A stretch of 64,000 nt of DNA from an uncultured Planctomycetota bacterium (GTDB lineage: Bacteria > Planctomycetota > Planctomycetia > Isosphaerales > Isosphaeraceae): assembly GCA_963737655.1 (NCBI GenBank), contig CAVTTN010000002.1, positions 640,001-704,000 on the forward strand, written 5' to 3'. Position 1 is the stretch's first letter; each line of letters opens with the position of its first letter. Under the pieces are notes generated by a model. The model did not search any database, was not told where the DNA came from, and saw only the letters and a list, made by a program, of their open reading frames with translations. Of this stretch, positions 49,453 to 60,181 are shown in pieces. Position numbers and translations under genes: made by a program.

Positions 49453-49574
49453 CAGGTCTCCGCCGCTGTTCTGAAAATGGGCTCAATCGGCTCGCCCAAT
49501 CGCCGACTATTTGACCACTTTCATGGTTTCAGGGTGCCGCTCGCAGCATGACGACCAATCCTTGAATCGATCGG

Positions 49575-49944
49575 TCATCGCGACTCCTCCGGATCGGGAC
49601 TGGGCCGGCTGGGTTGGCCGATCTCGACGAGGGCTTCGCCATGTTCGAGGAGCCGGATCGCGTCGAAGAGCACCCCGGACAGGATCTCCCGAAGCCGCGC
49701 GTTGGAGGTATTTCCGCAAGTGAGCCAGAGAACCCCGGGAGGCGCCCAGGCGTTGCAGCAACTCGACGAAGTCGCTGTCCTTCGTCATGACCACGGCCCC
49801 GGCTACTCGGGCCGAGTGAAAAATGTCCGGGTCGAGGGCGTCACGCAGTCCGATGTCGCGGACCGCCCGACATTCGATCCCGAAGGTCGCTTCAATCCAA
49901 GGGGCGATGGAAGGCGAAAGCTGGGCGTCCAGCCAGAGGATCAT
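49575..49944 (-). CDS. DUF5615 PIN-like toxin (VapC45-type; frameshift at about 49740)
   Basis: LDAQLSP, D..IF, TKDSDF; LWLTCGNTSN in the shifted frame. Confidence 0.82.
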
Positions 49945-50165
49945 GCGACGAGGATCGGGTGACTGACCCGACGGCTCGCGAACCGGAGGCACGCGCGAAC
50001 GTCCTCCGGTTCCAGGTCGGGTAGCTCCTCCACGACTTGCTCGGTGGTGAGGCCATTGGCGAGCAAGTCGAGGACGTCGCTGACGCGAATCCGCATCCCT
50101 CGGATGCAGGGCTTCCCGCCGCATTGTTGCGGATCGATGGAAATTCGGTCGTCGATGTCGCGCAT
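49941..50165 (-). CDS. DUF433 antitoxin (VapB45-type)
   Basis: GGKPCIRGMRIRVSDVL..PDLEPEDV; ATGA overlap with the toxin gene. Confidence 0.9.
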   Translation of the reverse strand: MRDIDDRISIDPQQCGGKPCIRGMRIRVSDVLDLLANGLTTEQVVEELPDLEPEDVRACLRFASRRVSHPILVA

Positions 50166-50211
50166 GTTTCGCGGGCCCCGAGACGGATTTCGTCGGTACG
50201 AGTCCTTCATT

Positions 50212-51657
50212 TTACCGGGGCCACACTTTCATCGCGATCGGGAACAGGGCCACCGCCGCGATCGCCAGGAAGGCGAGCCAGGTCAGGAGGTCGGAAAGCT
50301 TCGACGGGCCGACCTTCGGGTCGATGTCGCGATAGCGGAAATACAGGGTCGCCCCGGCGATCAGCGGGAGCATCAACCCCTGGGCCACCCCGCCGACGGT
50401 GATCAGGAACAGGGGCTCGCGGAACGCCAGGAACAGGGCGAGCGAGAACAGCGGGTAGATCACGCAGAAGACCTTGACCGTCCTCTCGCGATCGGCCGGA
50501 GTGGGCTGAGGGACGAACCCCGCCAGCTTGAGGAAATCGGCGGTCAGGCGGCTGTTGGCGGCCGTGGCCACGTACAGCGTCTTGAACAAGACGGCGCACG
50601 CCCCGGCCAGGAAGAACGGCCTGGCCCAGCGTCCCAAAGCGGCTTCGTACATATGAGAAAGAATACTGATCATCCCCGGCCCGTTCAATTGCTTCTCCGT
50701 GATCGCGCCGGCCCTCCACTGCGCGTTCAGGACGGCCGCGCCCATGAAATAGAATGCCACCGTGGCCAGGGTGAAGACGACCATGCTGAACCACGCATCG
50801 ACCTGCATCACGCGCAACCACCCCCGGGCCCGGCGATACCAGCCCTCGGAGTCGTCCTTCGGCCCGACCGACCTCGCGTATCCCTTCTCGATGCACCAGT
50901 ACGGATAGGCGAACAATTCGCTCGCGCCGACCCCGGTGATCCCGAACGCCGAGAACGCCAGCGCGAGCGATTCCTTCGAGTCCGGCAGGCGGAACTTCAG
51001 GCCCGAGGCGATGTCGCCCCACCGGATCGGCAAGCGCAACGCGCCGAGGACCGTGACCGCCGTGACCAGCGCCACGAGGACCGTGGTGATCCTCTCCAGC
51101 CTCTTGTAGCCGCCGGTCAGCAGCAGGGCGATGGCCGCGAAGCACGTGACGGCCGCCCAGAACGGCTCGCTCGCGGTGATCCCCGAGGCGGTCGTGGAGT
51201 CTCCGTGGATCGCCATGATCGCCGCCTGGCCCACCAGCCCTTCCATCGACGCGAGCTGGCCGTTGGTGGCGAGCATCATGAACAGCCAGAGCCAGCAGAG
51301 CCATGACGTCCCGAGCCGGGGGCCGGGCAGGGTGTCCAGCGCCGCGAGGGTCGTCTTGCCCTTCGTGACGGCGTGCCGGCCCATCTCGACCTGGACGAAC
51401 ACCTTGATCACGCAGCTCAGGAGGATCAGCCAGAGGAGGACGAACCCTTGCTGGGCCCCCAGGGCCGTCGTGTTGACCAGCTCGCCCGTGCCGACGATCG
51501 ACGCCGCCAGGATCAGCCCGGGGCCGATCTGCCCGAGCGTCTTGAGGAGCGAGGTCGGCGGATCCTGGATGTGGTGATGCGTGAGCGCGTAGATGTCCAG
51601 GTGGGCCGAGCCCTCCTGGTCGGACACCACGAGCGGTTCATCGACGGGTTCGTTCAT
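50212..51657 (-). CDS. Nramp/MntH-like transporter family protein
   Basis: GPGLILAASIVGTGE; about 11 TM helices. Confidence 0.8.
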   Translation of the reverse strand: MNEPVDEPLVVSDQEGSAHLDIYALTHHHIQDPPTSLLKTLGQIGPGLILAASIVGTGELVNTTALGAQQGFVLLWLILLSCVIKVFVQVEMGRHAVTKGKTTLAALDTLPGPRLGTSWLCWLWLFMMLATNGQLASMEGLVGQAAIMAIHGDSTTASGITASEPFWAAVTCFAAIALLLTGGYKRLERITTVLVALVTAVTVLGALRLPIRWGDIASGLKFRLPDSKESLALAFSAFGITGVGASELFAYPYWCIEKGYARSVGPKDDSEGWYRRARGWLRVMQVDAWFSMVVFTLATVAFYFMGAAVLNAQWRAGAITEKQLNGPGMISILSHMYEAALGRWARPFFLAGACAVLFKTLYVATAANSRLTADFLKLAGFVPQPTPADRERTVKVFCVIYPLFSLALFLAFREPLFLITVGGVAQGLMLPLIAGATLYFRYRDIDPKVGPSKLSDLLTWLAFLAIAAVALFPIAMKVWPR

Positions 51658-51771
51658 GGTCGGCGGGCCGATCGCGGAGGGGAGGGAGAGTCCGCGGCCC
51701 ATGTTAGGGGGCGTTTCGGCCGAATGCCAGGACGTAGCGGCCGGCATTCCGCGCCCCACATTCGGTGCCGT

Positions 51772-52980
51772 TCATGAGAGGGGTTTTTGCTTCCCACTGC
51801 CCACCGCCCACTGCCCACTGCCCACTCGAAAATTGGTGTGCGGCCCTCTCATCCAGGCCGGTCCGGTCACGACCTCGGCGAGGTAGCCGAGCAATCGCTC
51901 GCGGAAGACGGGCCGGGCGTAGCACTCGGCCCGGCGACGCGCATGATTCGGGTCGTGGGGACCTCCGGCGGCCTCCCAGGCGACGATCGCCGCGAGCAGC
52001 CCTTCGGCCGACGGGTCGTCATAAAGGACTCCCACGGGCCCCTCGACCGTCTCGGCCGCCCCGCCTCGGTTCAGGGCGATCACCGGGCAGCCGCAGGCCA
52101 TCGCCTCGGCCGGGACGATCCCGAAATCCTCCTCGCCCGGGAACAGCAGGGCCTTGCTCCGGCGGTAATGGTCGCGGATCACCTCGTCCGGCTGCCAGCC
52201 CAGGAACGTCACGCCCGGCCCGGCCAGGGATTCGAGCCGGGCCCGGTCCGGACCCTGGCCGATCACCACCAGACGACGCCCCGACCGCGAACACGCCCGG
52301 ATCGCCAGGTCGATCCTCTTGTACGGGACCAGGGCCGACACGCAGAGGTACGGGCCGTCTCGGGCGACTCGTTCCGGGGTGTAGAAGTCCGTATCGACGG
52401 GCGGCTCGATCACCCGGCTCTCGCGATGATAGCACCGGCTGATCCGGTCGCGGATCGTCCCGGAGATCGCCACGAAATGGGAGACCCGCGAGGCGGAGGC
52501 GCGGTCCCAGGTCCTCAGGCGGTCGAGGACCAGCCCGGCGGCGAGCCTCTTCATCGGGGGGGCGGAGGCGAGATAGGCGTCCCGGCCGTCCCAGGCGTAC
52601 CGCATCGGCGTGAAGCAGTAGCAGACGTGGGGGACGCCCTCGGGCACCCTCACGGCCTTCGCCACGCAATGGCTGAGGCTGACGACCAGGTCCACCTCGC
52701 CGAGCTTCCACGACCGGGCCGCCAGGGGCATGACCGGCAGGAACTTCCGGTAATGGCGGGCGATCCCCGGGACTCGCTGGAGGGGCGACGTCGCCACGTC
52801 CATCGCGCCGATGATCGGCCCGACCGAGCCGGCCTGGTGGATCAAGGTATGAACGGTGGCCCGGGGGAAGCTCTCGCAGAGGACTTCCAGGCACTTCTCG
52901 CCGCCTCGGAGGCCGGTCAGCCAGTCGTGGACCAGCGCCACGCGGAGGCCGAGGAGAGGCGGGGGCAGGGCGGCATCCAT
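51772..52980 (-). CDS. Glycosyltransferase family 4
   Basis: VHDWL..GGE, YKRIDL, EDFGIVPAEAMACG. Confidence 0.92.
   Translation of the reverse strand: MDAALPPPLLGLRVALVHDWLTGLRGGEKCLEVLCESFPRATVHTLIHQAGSVGPIIGAMDVATSPLQRVPGIARHYRKFLPVMPLAARSWKLGEVDLVVSLSHCVAKAVRVPEGVPHVCYCFTPMRYAWDGRDAYLASAPPMKRLAAGLVLDRLRTWDRASASRVSHFVAISGTIRDRISRCYHRESRVIEPPVDTDFYTPERVARDGPYLCVSALVPYKRIDLAIRACSRSGRRLVVIGQGPDRARLESLAGPGVTFLGWQPDEVIRDHYRRSKALLFPGEEDFGIVPAEAMACGCPVIALNRGGAAETVEGPVGVLYDDPSAEGLLAAIVAWEAAGGPHDPNHARRRAECYARPVFRERLLGYLAEVVTGPAWMRGPHTNFRVGSGQWAVGSGKQKPLS
51793..51826. repeat. Heptamer tandem repeat (CCCACTG), about 5 copies
   Basis: CCCACTG CCCACCG CCCACTG CCCACTG CCCACT. Confidence 0.85.
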
Positions 52981-53152
52981 GCGGGGCCCTTCAGTCATCG
53001 CGAACGGCGACCGGAGGCGGGCCATCCCTGACCCGTCCCTCCGTCGCGGAGACGCTACCCGAATCGGCCGAACCGGGCAAGGCCGGGTGGCCTCAGCCGA
53101 CGAGGACGGGCGGTCCGCGCTCCTCGGACCGCCCGCCCGTCCGCCCTGGGCA

Positions 53153-54469
53153 TTACTGGATGACCTGGTCCTGAGACAGCGGGGTCTGCTTGTAGCACGG
53201 GCCGGTTTGCAGGTTGATGCAGGGGAGCTGGCTGCCGGCCGGGGTGATGATCTTGGCGTAGATGTCGCCGGACATCGTCTCGGAGATGAACCGGGCCGAG
53301 CCGTCGCAGAAGACGACGTTCACGCCGCCGGGGTGACGGCTGGAGGCATAGGGCGAGGACCCCTCGACGCTGGCCACCAGGCTGGAGTTGATGTTCTCCT
53401 GGGTGCCGGCCTGGTTGGCCAGCATCCAGGACGGGCCATCGACGATCGTGTTGCCGTTGAGGGTCGTCGGGATCAGCCCGGTGTCGGTGGCGCACATGCC
53501 GGTGCCGCCGTGGCAGACGTTGTCCGAGGCCACGAACATCATGAAGTTCGGGTGCGGCGAGGCCCAGTTGAAATTGGCCGCCGAGTTGTACGCCTGGGAC
53601 AGCCCGGCGCCCACGCCGTCATTGGCCGAGTAGCCGGCCAGGATGTTCTCCGAGAGCAGCAACGTGGTGCTGGCGCCATCGACGATCGAGCTGGACGTCG
53701 TGCGGATGTCCCACGGCGTATTGCCGATGCTCGTGCCCAGGAACATCACGCCGGTCTTCTTGGCGACCTGCGAGCCCCAGTTCAGGGACGGCCCGGCGCT
53801 GACCGAGGCGCTGCCGCCGACGAAGCCGATCGGGTTCTGCCCCGCGGCGGTCCCGCTGTTGTTCGTGTAGGTGTAGCCGTGCCACCGGCTGAACCCGCCG
53901 TTGACGACGTAGGAGAGGTTCCCCTGGCCCTGGACGATCGTGTCGTCTTCGGGGCAGGTGAGGATCTTGATGAACGTGTTGCCCAGGCCGTAGTTGTTGG
54001 TCAGGGCGGTGCTGGCCGTGGTGTCGAAGAACGGCAGGTTGCGATTGTAGCCGTTGTAGATGTCGTTGGCGTCGATGTAGGGCAGGACGTCCACGACCCA
54101 GCTATACAGGGGGCCGTAAAGCGGCGTGGTGCTGCCGGAGGTCGCCCCGGTCGTCCCGAAGCTGCCGTTGAAGCAGTTGTTGATGACCGACTGCGTCGGG
54201 TCCGGCGGGTTGGCGGTCAGGGCGGCGGGGTTCTCGTGGAACGTCCCGGCGTTGGGGAAGCTATTGCGGGCGTTGAGGAACTGGATCAGCCCCAGGCCCA
54301 CCTGGCGCATGTTGCTGGCGCATTCCATCTTCCGGGCCGTCCGCCTCGCGGAGATGACCGCCGGCAGGATCAGACCCATCAGGATGCCGATGATCGCGAT
54401 GACCACCAGCAGCTCAATCAGCGTGAAGCCCTTGGGCGCATGGCCCCGGAGACGGCGTCGAGCGATCAT
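53153..54469 (-). CDS. DUF1559 prepilin-like protein with H-X9-DG motif
   Basis: [33 protein letters not shown]. Confidence 0.93.
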   Translation of the reverse strand: MIARRRLRGHAPKGFTLIELLVVIAIIGILMGLILPAVISARRTARKMECASNMRQVGLGLIQFLNARNSFPNAGTFHENPAALTANPPDPTQSVINNCFNGSFGTTGATSGSTTPLYGPLYSWVVDVLPYIDANDIYNGYNRNLPFFDTTASTALTNNYGLGNTFIKILTCPEDDTIVQGQGNLSYVVNGGFSRWHGYTYTNNSGTAAGQNPIGFVGGSASVSAGPSLNWGSQVAKKTGVMFLGTSIGNTPWDIRTTSSSIVDGASTTLLLSENILAGYSANDGVGAGLSQAYNSAANFNWASPHPNFMMFVASDNVCHGGTGMCATDTGLIPTTLNGNTIVDGPSWMLANQAGTQENINSSLVASVEGSSPYASSRHPGGVNVVFCDGSARFISETMSGDIYAKIITPAGSQLPCINLQTGPCYKQTPLSQDQVIQ

Positions 54470-54589
54470 CGGCAGGTCCTTTCTCGGCAGAGCGGGGGTT
54501 CCTTCATCGTACCTTGCGATAGCACGCATTGACAAGACGGTCGCCCCGCGAGGCCCGCGAGAGCGGGCCCGAGACGAGGTCGACCCGGA

Positions 54590-57500
54590 TCATTCGATCC
54601 GTCGGCGGAAGACGACGAGGTCGCGGAAGTCGTCGGGCTCGTACGGGTTGAAGCCCGTCGCCCTCGTGCGATCGATCAGGAAGTAGGAGCGGTAGCGGAC
54701 GTTCTTGCCGATGTCGGCGTCGAGCTCCCGGCCGAGGCGATCGACGGCCAGGCTCATCCCGTTGATGTCGGTCTGGGCGGCGAGCTGCGGGTTGCCGGCC
54801 TGGACGACCTCGAAGAACCCGACGGTCAGCCAGACGGCGTACTGGTGGGTGCGGACCGTCGAGAGGTTCATGACCTTGGAGAGGATCTCGGTCCTCCAGT
54901 AGGGATGGGCCCGACGGTCGGTGCTGGCGGCGCCGAGGCCGAGGGTCGGGTCGAACAGGTCGGCGTTGGTGTTGTTGAGGAAGATGTGGTTGCCGGCCGA
55001 GACGTTGCCGCCGAGCTCGCCGGCCGGGCTGTGGAACGACGGGTTGGGGTTCGGGCCGTCGTTGTCGGGGATCTCGAAGAGCATCCGGGGCGGGATCGCC
55101 GGGGTGCCGGCGGAGGTGAACTGATAGATGCTCTGATCGAGGTTCCCCGACTGGATCTGGGCCGCGCCGAGCCGGGCGGGCCTCATCACGGTGTCGCTGA
55201 TCGAGCCGGGGGCGGCGGCCACCCCCAGCCTCCTCGGCTGGCCCTGGGCGAGCGAGCGGAACGGCTTGCTCGGCATCGTGAACGGATAGTTCGGGTTGCT
55301 GGGGTCGCCCCACAGGTACATCGACGCGGCATACGGCGAGAGCACCAGTCCCGAGCCGCCGTCTCGGAGCTTCAGGAAGTCGGCGAACGCCGATTTCATC
55401 GCGCTGACGGTGTAGGTCGAGGTCGTGCCGTCGGAGTTGGTGACGGTGTAGGTCTGCGGGAACCCCCGGCCGAAGGCGTAGGTGTTCACGTCGGAGACCG
55501 GCACGGTGTACGACGGCATCCCGTTGGGATACAGGGCCGTGGCCATCCTCGGGATGCCCGCGATCCCGACCGGATTGGAGTTCGAGGCCGTCGGCGCCGG
55601 CAGGTTGTACAGCGAGACGGTCGTGGCGTTGAACGCCTGGGAGGAGCTGAGCCGGGGGTCGTCCACCAGGCCGTAGAAGACCTCCTCGTCGATGATCAGG
55701 TTGAGGTTGATGAGCCCCGGCCGGATGTCCTTCCTCGCCCAGTCGGCGTTCTGGCCGGCGGCGACCGGCCCGATGTAGCCGAGCGACGGCGTGGGGACCT
55801 CGACGTACTCCAGGAGCTGATACCACGAGGACTTCGAGCCCGAGGAGTAATGGAACGCGTCGGCCAGGTAGGGGAAGACGCACGGGTCGGGCAGGTTGCG
55901 GATGCCCACCTTGTTGTTGGCGTAGGTCACCGCGTCGGGCGGCTGGCTGGCCATGGCCGGCGGAGGCGTGTAATAGGGGGTCGTCCCGCCGGCCGTCGGG
56001 GTCGGCAGGTCGCCGGTCGGGCTGGTCGCGGGGGCCGGGTTGGGCTGCTCGGCGAAGAGCTTCGTGAACAGGCCCGGCGGGCACGCCGGGACCAGCAGGA
56101 GCTCGGCCGGGCTCATGAAGTCGCGGTCATTGAACGAGAAGTGGTCCCAGTTGTCCGGGTTCGGGTTGGTCCCGGCCTTGCCGAGGTTGTGATAGACCTC
56201 GTAGGTCGGCGCATTGTTGCTCGTGTCGTTCTTGTTGGAGTTGTTGTTGACGTTGTTCAGGTCCGGCGCCCCGTTCTTCGTCCCGTTGAACTTGGGCACG
56301 AGCGTCGAGTTGCTCGTGTTGATCGTCGGGACGGTCTGCTCGGTGTAGCCGTAGGGGCGGGACGGGCTCCAGGTGTCGGCGTAGGGGACGTAGTGGGCGC
56401 CCCGATACGGCTGGAGCCGGCGGACCGAGTAGAGGGGCAGCGTCCCTTGCTGAACCAGGGACGTGTTGTTCTTGTCGCTGACGTCCGCCTTGTCGTTGTT
56501 GGTGATGAACGGGAAGCGGAACGAGTCGACGACCACGCGATCGGCGGTCCCCATGCTCGCGGAGTTGGGGTTGGCCGGGCGGACGAGGTGGAGCCAGTAA
56601 TAGTCCGCCTTGCCCGAGGTGGACGGCACCGGCGTCGTGGGGATCTGGTTGACGAGGACGTCGGCCAGGGGGGTGGTGGCGACCGTCGGCGGCCCGGTCT
56701 CGGTGTTGGCGTAGGGCAGGGTGTTGGCCAGGACGAGCGTCTCGAAGTTGTTCCGGGAATCGCCGTTGCGCTGGGCCTTGATCCAGTCGGACGTGGGCAG
56801 GGACGTCGGCGTGGCGGCCGGCCCGAGCCCTCCTCCGGAGATCGGCACGAAGAAGCCGCTGATCGTGGCCGGGTCGAGCTGGCCGGTCACGATGTTCGGC
56901 CTCTCGACTCGCGCGGTGGTGGTGTCGGTCGGCTGGGGGAGCGTCGTGGTGCCGGAGGGCAGCAGGGGGTTGTCCTGGGTGATGATGAATCCCCAGCCGT
57001 TGAGGTCCAGGTCGCAGGCCGTCCCGGGCCCGGGCGGCATCGCGCCGACGCCCGGGTTGGGATAGTCCTGCGTGAGCGTGTTGACCAGCTCGACGAACAT
57101 CCGCTTCTGGGCCACGGCGTTGTTGTTCGTGTCGCGGACCGTGTACTGGTAGGCCAGGACCTCGGTGATCGAGATCGGGTTGTACTCCATCCCCCACTGG
57201 ACCAGATTGCCGCTGCCGGAGGCGGCCTTGGTCACGCCGGCCGGGCGGGTGATCACGGTCGTGGAGCCGGAGCCCGAGCCGCCGATCCCGGGGCTGGTGT
57301 TGGCCACGCTGCTGGTCTGCGGGGCGCTGGCCGCCAGGTCGTAGTTGACGAACTTGGTCATCGTGGCGTCCGGGTCGCGGAAATCGACCACGTTGACGGC
57401 GAACTGGCCGAGGGCCGCGAGCTGGGTGGCCGTCGCGTTGTCGCCCGGGCTGCCGGTGAGCGTCGTCGGCGGGTAGAGCACCAGCTTCATCAGCTCGTAC

Positions 57501-60109
57501 AGCTCGCGGACGTACTTCAGCCGGACCGGCTCGTTCGAGGAATTCGACACCGGCAGGGGCAGGTTCAGGTTGAACTTCTTGTTGCCGTGGGTCAGGGACG
57601 CCTGATAGGCCGTGTCCGGGAAGCCGGAGCTGGCCTGCGGGTACGGGGCCCCGCCGACGACCTGGGGAAGGCCGTAGAACGTCGTCCCGGCCATGTTCGG
57701 CGCGGAGAACGTGTTCAGCTCCCACGAGTCCGTGGAGAAGAACCGCCGGTGCATCAGGGCGTTGTGGTCATTGACCAGGACGTCGGGCAGGAGCGAGCTC
57801 AGGCGGCTGGACAGCGAGGCGCCGTCCTCGTCCTGGGCCCGGCTCAGCCATTCCTGGTCGGCCACTCCGAACGGCGAGTCGTAGGTGGTCTTCTCGTAGA
57901 GGTTGAGCTGGGCCGCCTCGTCCAGGGCGAGGCTGTTGTTGGGGTACATCCCGTTGGTGACGGTCCCCGTGCCCGGGTCGGTCGAGTTGATCGCCCCGTC
58001 GAAGGTCGGCAGCGAGGTCAGCCCGTCGCCGACGTCGAACGGCATCCTCGCGAAGAACTCGCCGGGGTGGGTGCCGGTCTTCACCGACGGGTTGCGGAAC
58101 GCCTCATAGCCGTGGAGCTTGTTGACGGCGTTGGTCCAGAGCCTCGTCTTGCTCGGCAGGTCGCCGGGGGAGTTGGGGAGGCCCGGCGGGCGATAATACA
58201 TGAAGAAGCCGACCCGGCCGAGGTCGTCGAACCCGTTGCCGAAGTCGGTCGTGCCGCCCAGGGGCAGGCCGTGGCCGAACTCCAGGACCCGGCCGTTGCC
58301 GGTCGGGTCGATCGGCGTGACGAACCGGCGGATGCGCTCCACGGGCAGGAGCGTCCGGCCGGCGGCGTCGTAATAGTCGGAGAGCTCCGGGTACAGGGCG
58401 TTGCCGTTGGCGTCGGTCCCGTTGGGGTAGAAGTCGTAGCCGGTGTAATCGCTGTCGAACTCATCGACCTTCGTGTAGTTGACCTGGGTGTTGTTCGCGT
58501 TCGGCTTGAAGTACGACGACCGCCCGGCCCTGGGGAACGTGTTGCCCGCGGTGGCCCGGATCACGTCCGCCTCGCCGAATCGGCCGTCGATCGGCGGCTG
58601 GACGGTGGCGTTGCCCTGGAGCATGATCTGGAGGTACGGCGTGCCGTTGCCCGGCCCGCTGCCGGTGCTGGGGATCATCGCGTAGGTCGGGTTGACCTCG
58701 TTGGGCGAGTAGCCCAGGTGCGAGACGTGGCTGGCGTTGATCGCCCCGTTGCCGTCCCGGCCGTGGATGTTCCCCGCCGTGTTCATCGGCAGGCGGCCGT
58801 TGAGCCCGAGCACGGTGAAGGCGAACAGGGGCTTGTACTGCCGGCCGTTGGCGTCTCGCTGGGGCGGATAGCCCAGGTCGAGCCACACGGCGTCGGTGAT
58901 CCCGTCGCCGTCGTTGTCCACGTCGTACTTGATCTGGCCGGTCGTGGCGTCGGGCAGGAGGTCCGGGAACGAGTCGCCGGACATCGGGTGGTCGATCTTC
59001 CGGGGGCGGAGGAACTTGGCCCGGGCCTGGGTCGTCAGCAGCTTCCAGTCGTTGCTGCCGATCGTGTTCGGGTTGGTGGGGTCGTAGACGATGTTCCCGG
59101 GCCGGTGGAACGACGGCAGGACGACCTGGCCGTCGGCGCTCTGGAGGGCGAGGAACCAGTTCTCGTTGTCCGGGGCGTCGTAGTCCTCGTCCAGGGCCTG
59201 ATACGGCAGGGCGTTGGGGTCGTTCAGGCCCGAGGGGTTGGTGAACGTCAGGTTCATGCTGGCGTCGAAGCCGGCGGTCTGCTGGTTGTACAGGAAGTTC
59301 GGGTAGACCGGCTGGGTGGCGTTGAACGTGGTGCTGGGGACGTACGCGTTGGGCGAGAGGTCGCCGGCGCCCGAGCCGTTGAAGGCGCGGAGGTATCGGC
59401 CGTCGATCGTGAAGACCAGGGCCACGGACGTCCCGCTCGGCGGGTTCAGCCCGTTCGGGGCGGCGCTGGCCGGCGAGAGCAGGCCGAAGGTGCGGTTGTC
59501 GGACTGGGAGAGGCCCAGGACGTGGGTCGATCCCGTGTTGTCGTCCGAGACGATCTCGAAGGTCTGCGGGATCGCGTCGGGCCTCTGGATCTGCTGGATC
59601 GGATAGTAGGTGTTGGCGTCCACCAGCCATTGTTCGAGGCGGAGGATGCAGCCGACGAAGTTCGTGTTGTAGAACTGCGGCAGGACGGCGATCTGCGGGT
59701 AATTGTTCGCCGGGACGTTGGTGCTGATCAGCAGGACGTTGTTCTGCGTGGGCGCCGTCATCCCCGTGACCATCGGCGGCTGGCCGACCGGATAGGGCAA
59801 GAACTTGATATACACATTTCTCGGCGCGTCCCCCCCGTACATGTCGCGCTTCAGGCTATGGCCGCGGATCGCGGAGGCGGCGTTGTTCGTGTCGTTGATG
59901 AGCTGGGACAGGGCCCAATCCAGGTACTGCTCGGGGTCGGGATTGCTCATGCCCTGCTCGAAGTAGCGGGCCCCGACCTGCGCCTGGCCGCTGAACGTGG
60001 CGAAGGTCACGCCGATCAGCGCGAGCAGGCCGAGCATCCCCAGGATCAGGATGAGGACCACGCCCCGGCGGGGGCCGGGCGAGCCTCGCGGCACTCTCTG
60101 GGCGAACAT
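54590..60109 (-). CDS. Giant GspK/PilX-like pseudopilin-type protein (1839 aa)
   Basis: RRG|VVLILIL leader without Glu5; DVDNDGDG; strong AGGAGG RBS at about 60120. Confidence 0.75.
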   Translation of the reverse strand: MFAQRVPRGSPGPRRGVVLILILGMLGLLALIGVTFATFSGQAQVGARYFEQGMSNPDPEQYLDWALSQLINDTNNAASAIRGHSLKRDMYGGDAPRNVYIKFLPYPVGQPPMVTGMTAPTQNNVLLISTNVPANNYPQIAVLPQFYNTNFVGCILRLEQWLVDANTYYPIQQIQRPDAIPQTFEIVSDDNTGSTHVLGLSQSDNRTFGLLSPASAAPNGLNPPSGTSVALVFTIDGRYLRAFNGSGAGDLSPNAYVPSTTFNATQPVYPNFLYNQQTAGFDASMNLTFTNPSGLNDPNALPYQALDEDYDAPDNENWFLALQSADGQVVLPSFHRPGNIVYDPTNPNTIGSNDWKLLTTQARAKFLRPRKIDHPMSGDSFPDLLPDATTGQIKYDVDNDGDGITDAVWLDLGYPPQRDANGRQYKPLFAFTVLGLNGRLPMNTAGNIHGRDGNGAINASHVSHLGYSPNEVNPTYAMIPSTGSGPGNGTPYLQIMLQGNATVQPPIDGRFGEADVIRATAGNTFPRAGRSSYFKPNANNTQVNYTKVDEFDSDYTGYDFYPNGTDANGNALYPELSDYYDAAGRTLLPVERIRRFVTPIDPTGNGRVLEFGHGLPLGGTTDFGNGFDDLGRVGFFMYYRPPGLPNSPGDLPSKTRLWTNAVNKLHGYEAFRNPSVKTGTHPGEFFARMPFDVGDGLTSLPTFDGAINSTDPGTGTVTNGMYPNNSLALDEAAQLNLYEKTTYDSPFGVADQEWLSRAQDEDGASLSSRLSSLLPDVLVNDHNALMHRRFFSTDSWELNTFSAPNMAGTTFYGLPQVVGGAPYPQASSGFPDTAYQASLTHGNKKFNLNLPLPVSNSSNEPVRLKYVRELYELMKLVLYPPTTLTGSPGDNATATQLAALGQFAVNVVDFRDPDATMTKFVNYDLAASAPQTSSVANTSPGIGGSGSGSTTVITRPAGVTKAASGSGNLVQWGMEYNPISITEVLAYQYTVRDTNNNAVAQKRMFVELVNTLTQDYPNPGVGAMPPGPGTACDLDLNGWGFIITQDNPLLPSGTTTLPQPTDTTTARVERPNIVTGQLDPATISGFFVPISGGGLGPAATPTSLPTSDWIKAQRNGDSRNNFETLVLANTLPYANTETGPPTVATTPLADVLVNQIPTTPVPSTSGKADYYWLHLVRPANPNSASMGTADRVVVDSFRFPFITNNDKADVSDKNNTSLVQQGTLPLYSVRRLQPYRGAHYVPYADTWSPSRPYGYTEQTVPTINTSNSTLVPKFNGTKNGAPDLNNVNNNSNKNDTSNNAPTYEVYHNLGKAGTNPNPDNWDHFSFNDRDFMSPAELLLVPACPPGLFTKLFAEQPNPAPATSPTGDLPTPTAGGTTPYYTPPPAMASQPPDAVTYANNKVGIRNLPDPCVFPYLADAFHYSSGSKSSWYQLLEYVEVPTPSLGYIGPVAAGQNADWARKDIRPGLINLNLIIDEEVFYGLVDDPRLSSSQAFNATTVSLYNLPAPTASNSNPVGIAGIPRMATALYPNGMPSYTVPVSDVNTYAFGRGFPQTYTVTNSDGTTSTYTVSAMKSAFADFLKLRDGGSGLVLSPYAASMYLWGDPSNPNYPFTMPSKPFRSLAQGQPRRLGVAAAPGSISDTVMRPARLGAAQIQSGNLDQSIYQFTSAGTPAIPPRMLFEIPDNDGPNPNPSFHSPAGELGGNVSAGNHIFLNNTNADLFDPTLGLGAASTDRRAHPYWRTEILSKVMNLSTVRTHQYAVWLTVGFFEVVQAGNPQLAAQTDINGMSLAVDRLGRELDADIGKNVRYRSYFLIDRTRATGFNPYEPDDFRDLVVFRRRIE

Positions 60110-60181
60110 GGGGCGGGGTCCTCCTTCTCATGATCGGGGCGGGCCGGGCTGCGGCGAGCGGGCCCGGGCGCCCCGCGTAAC

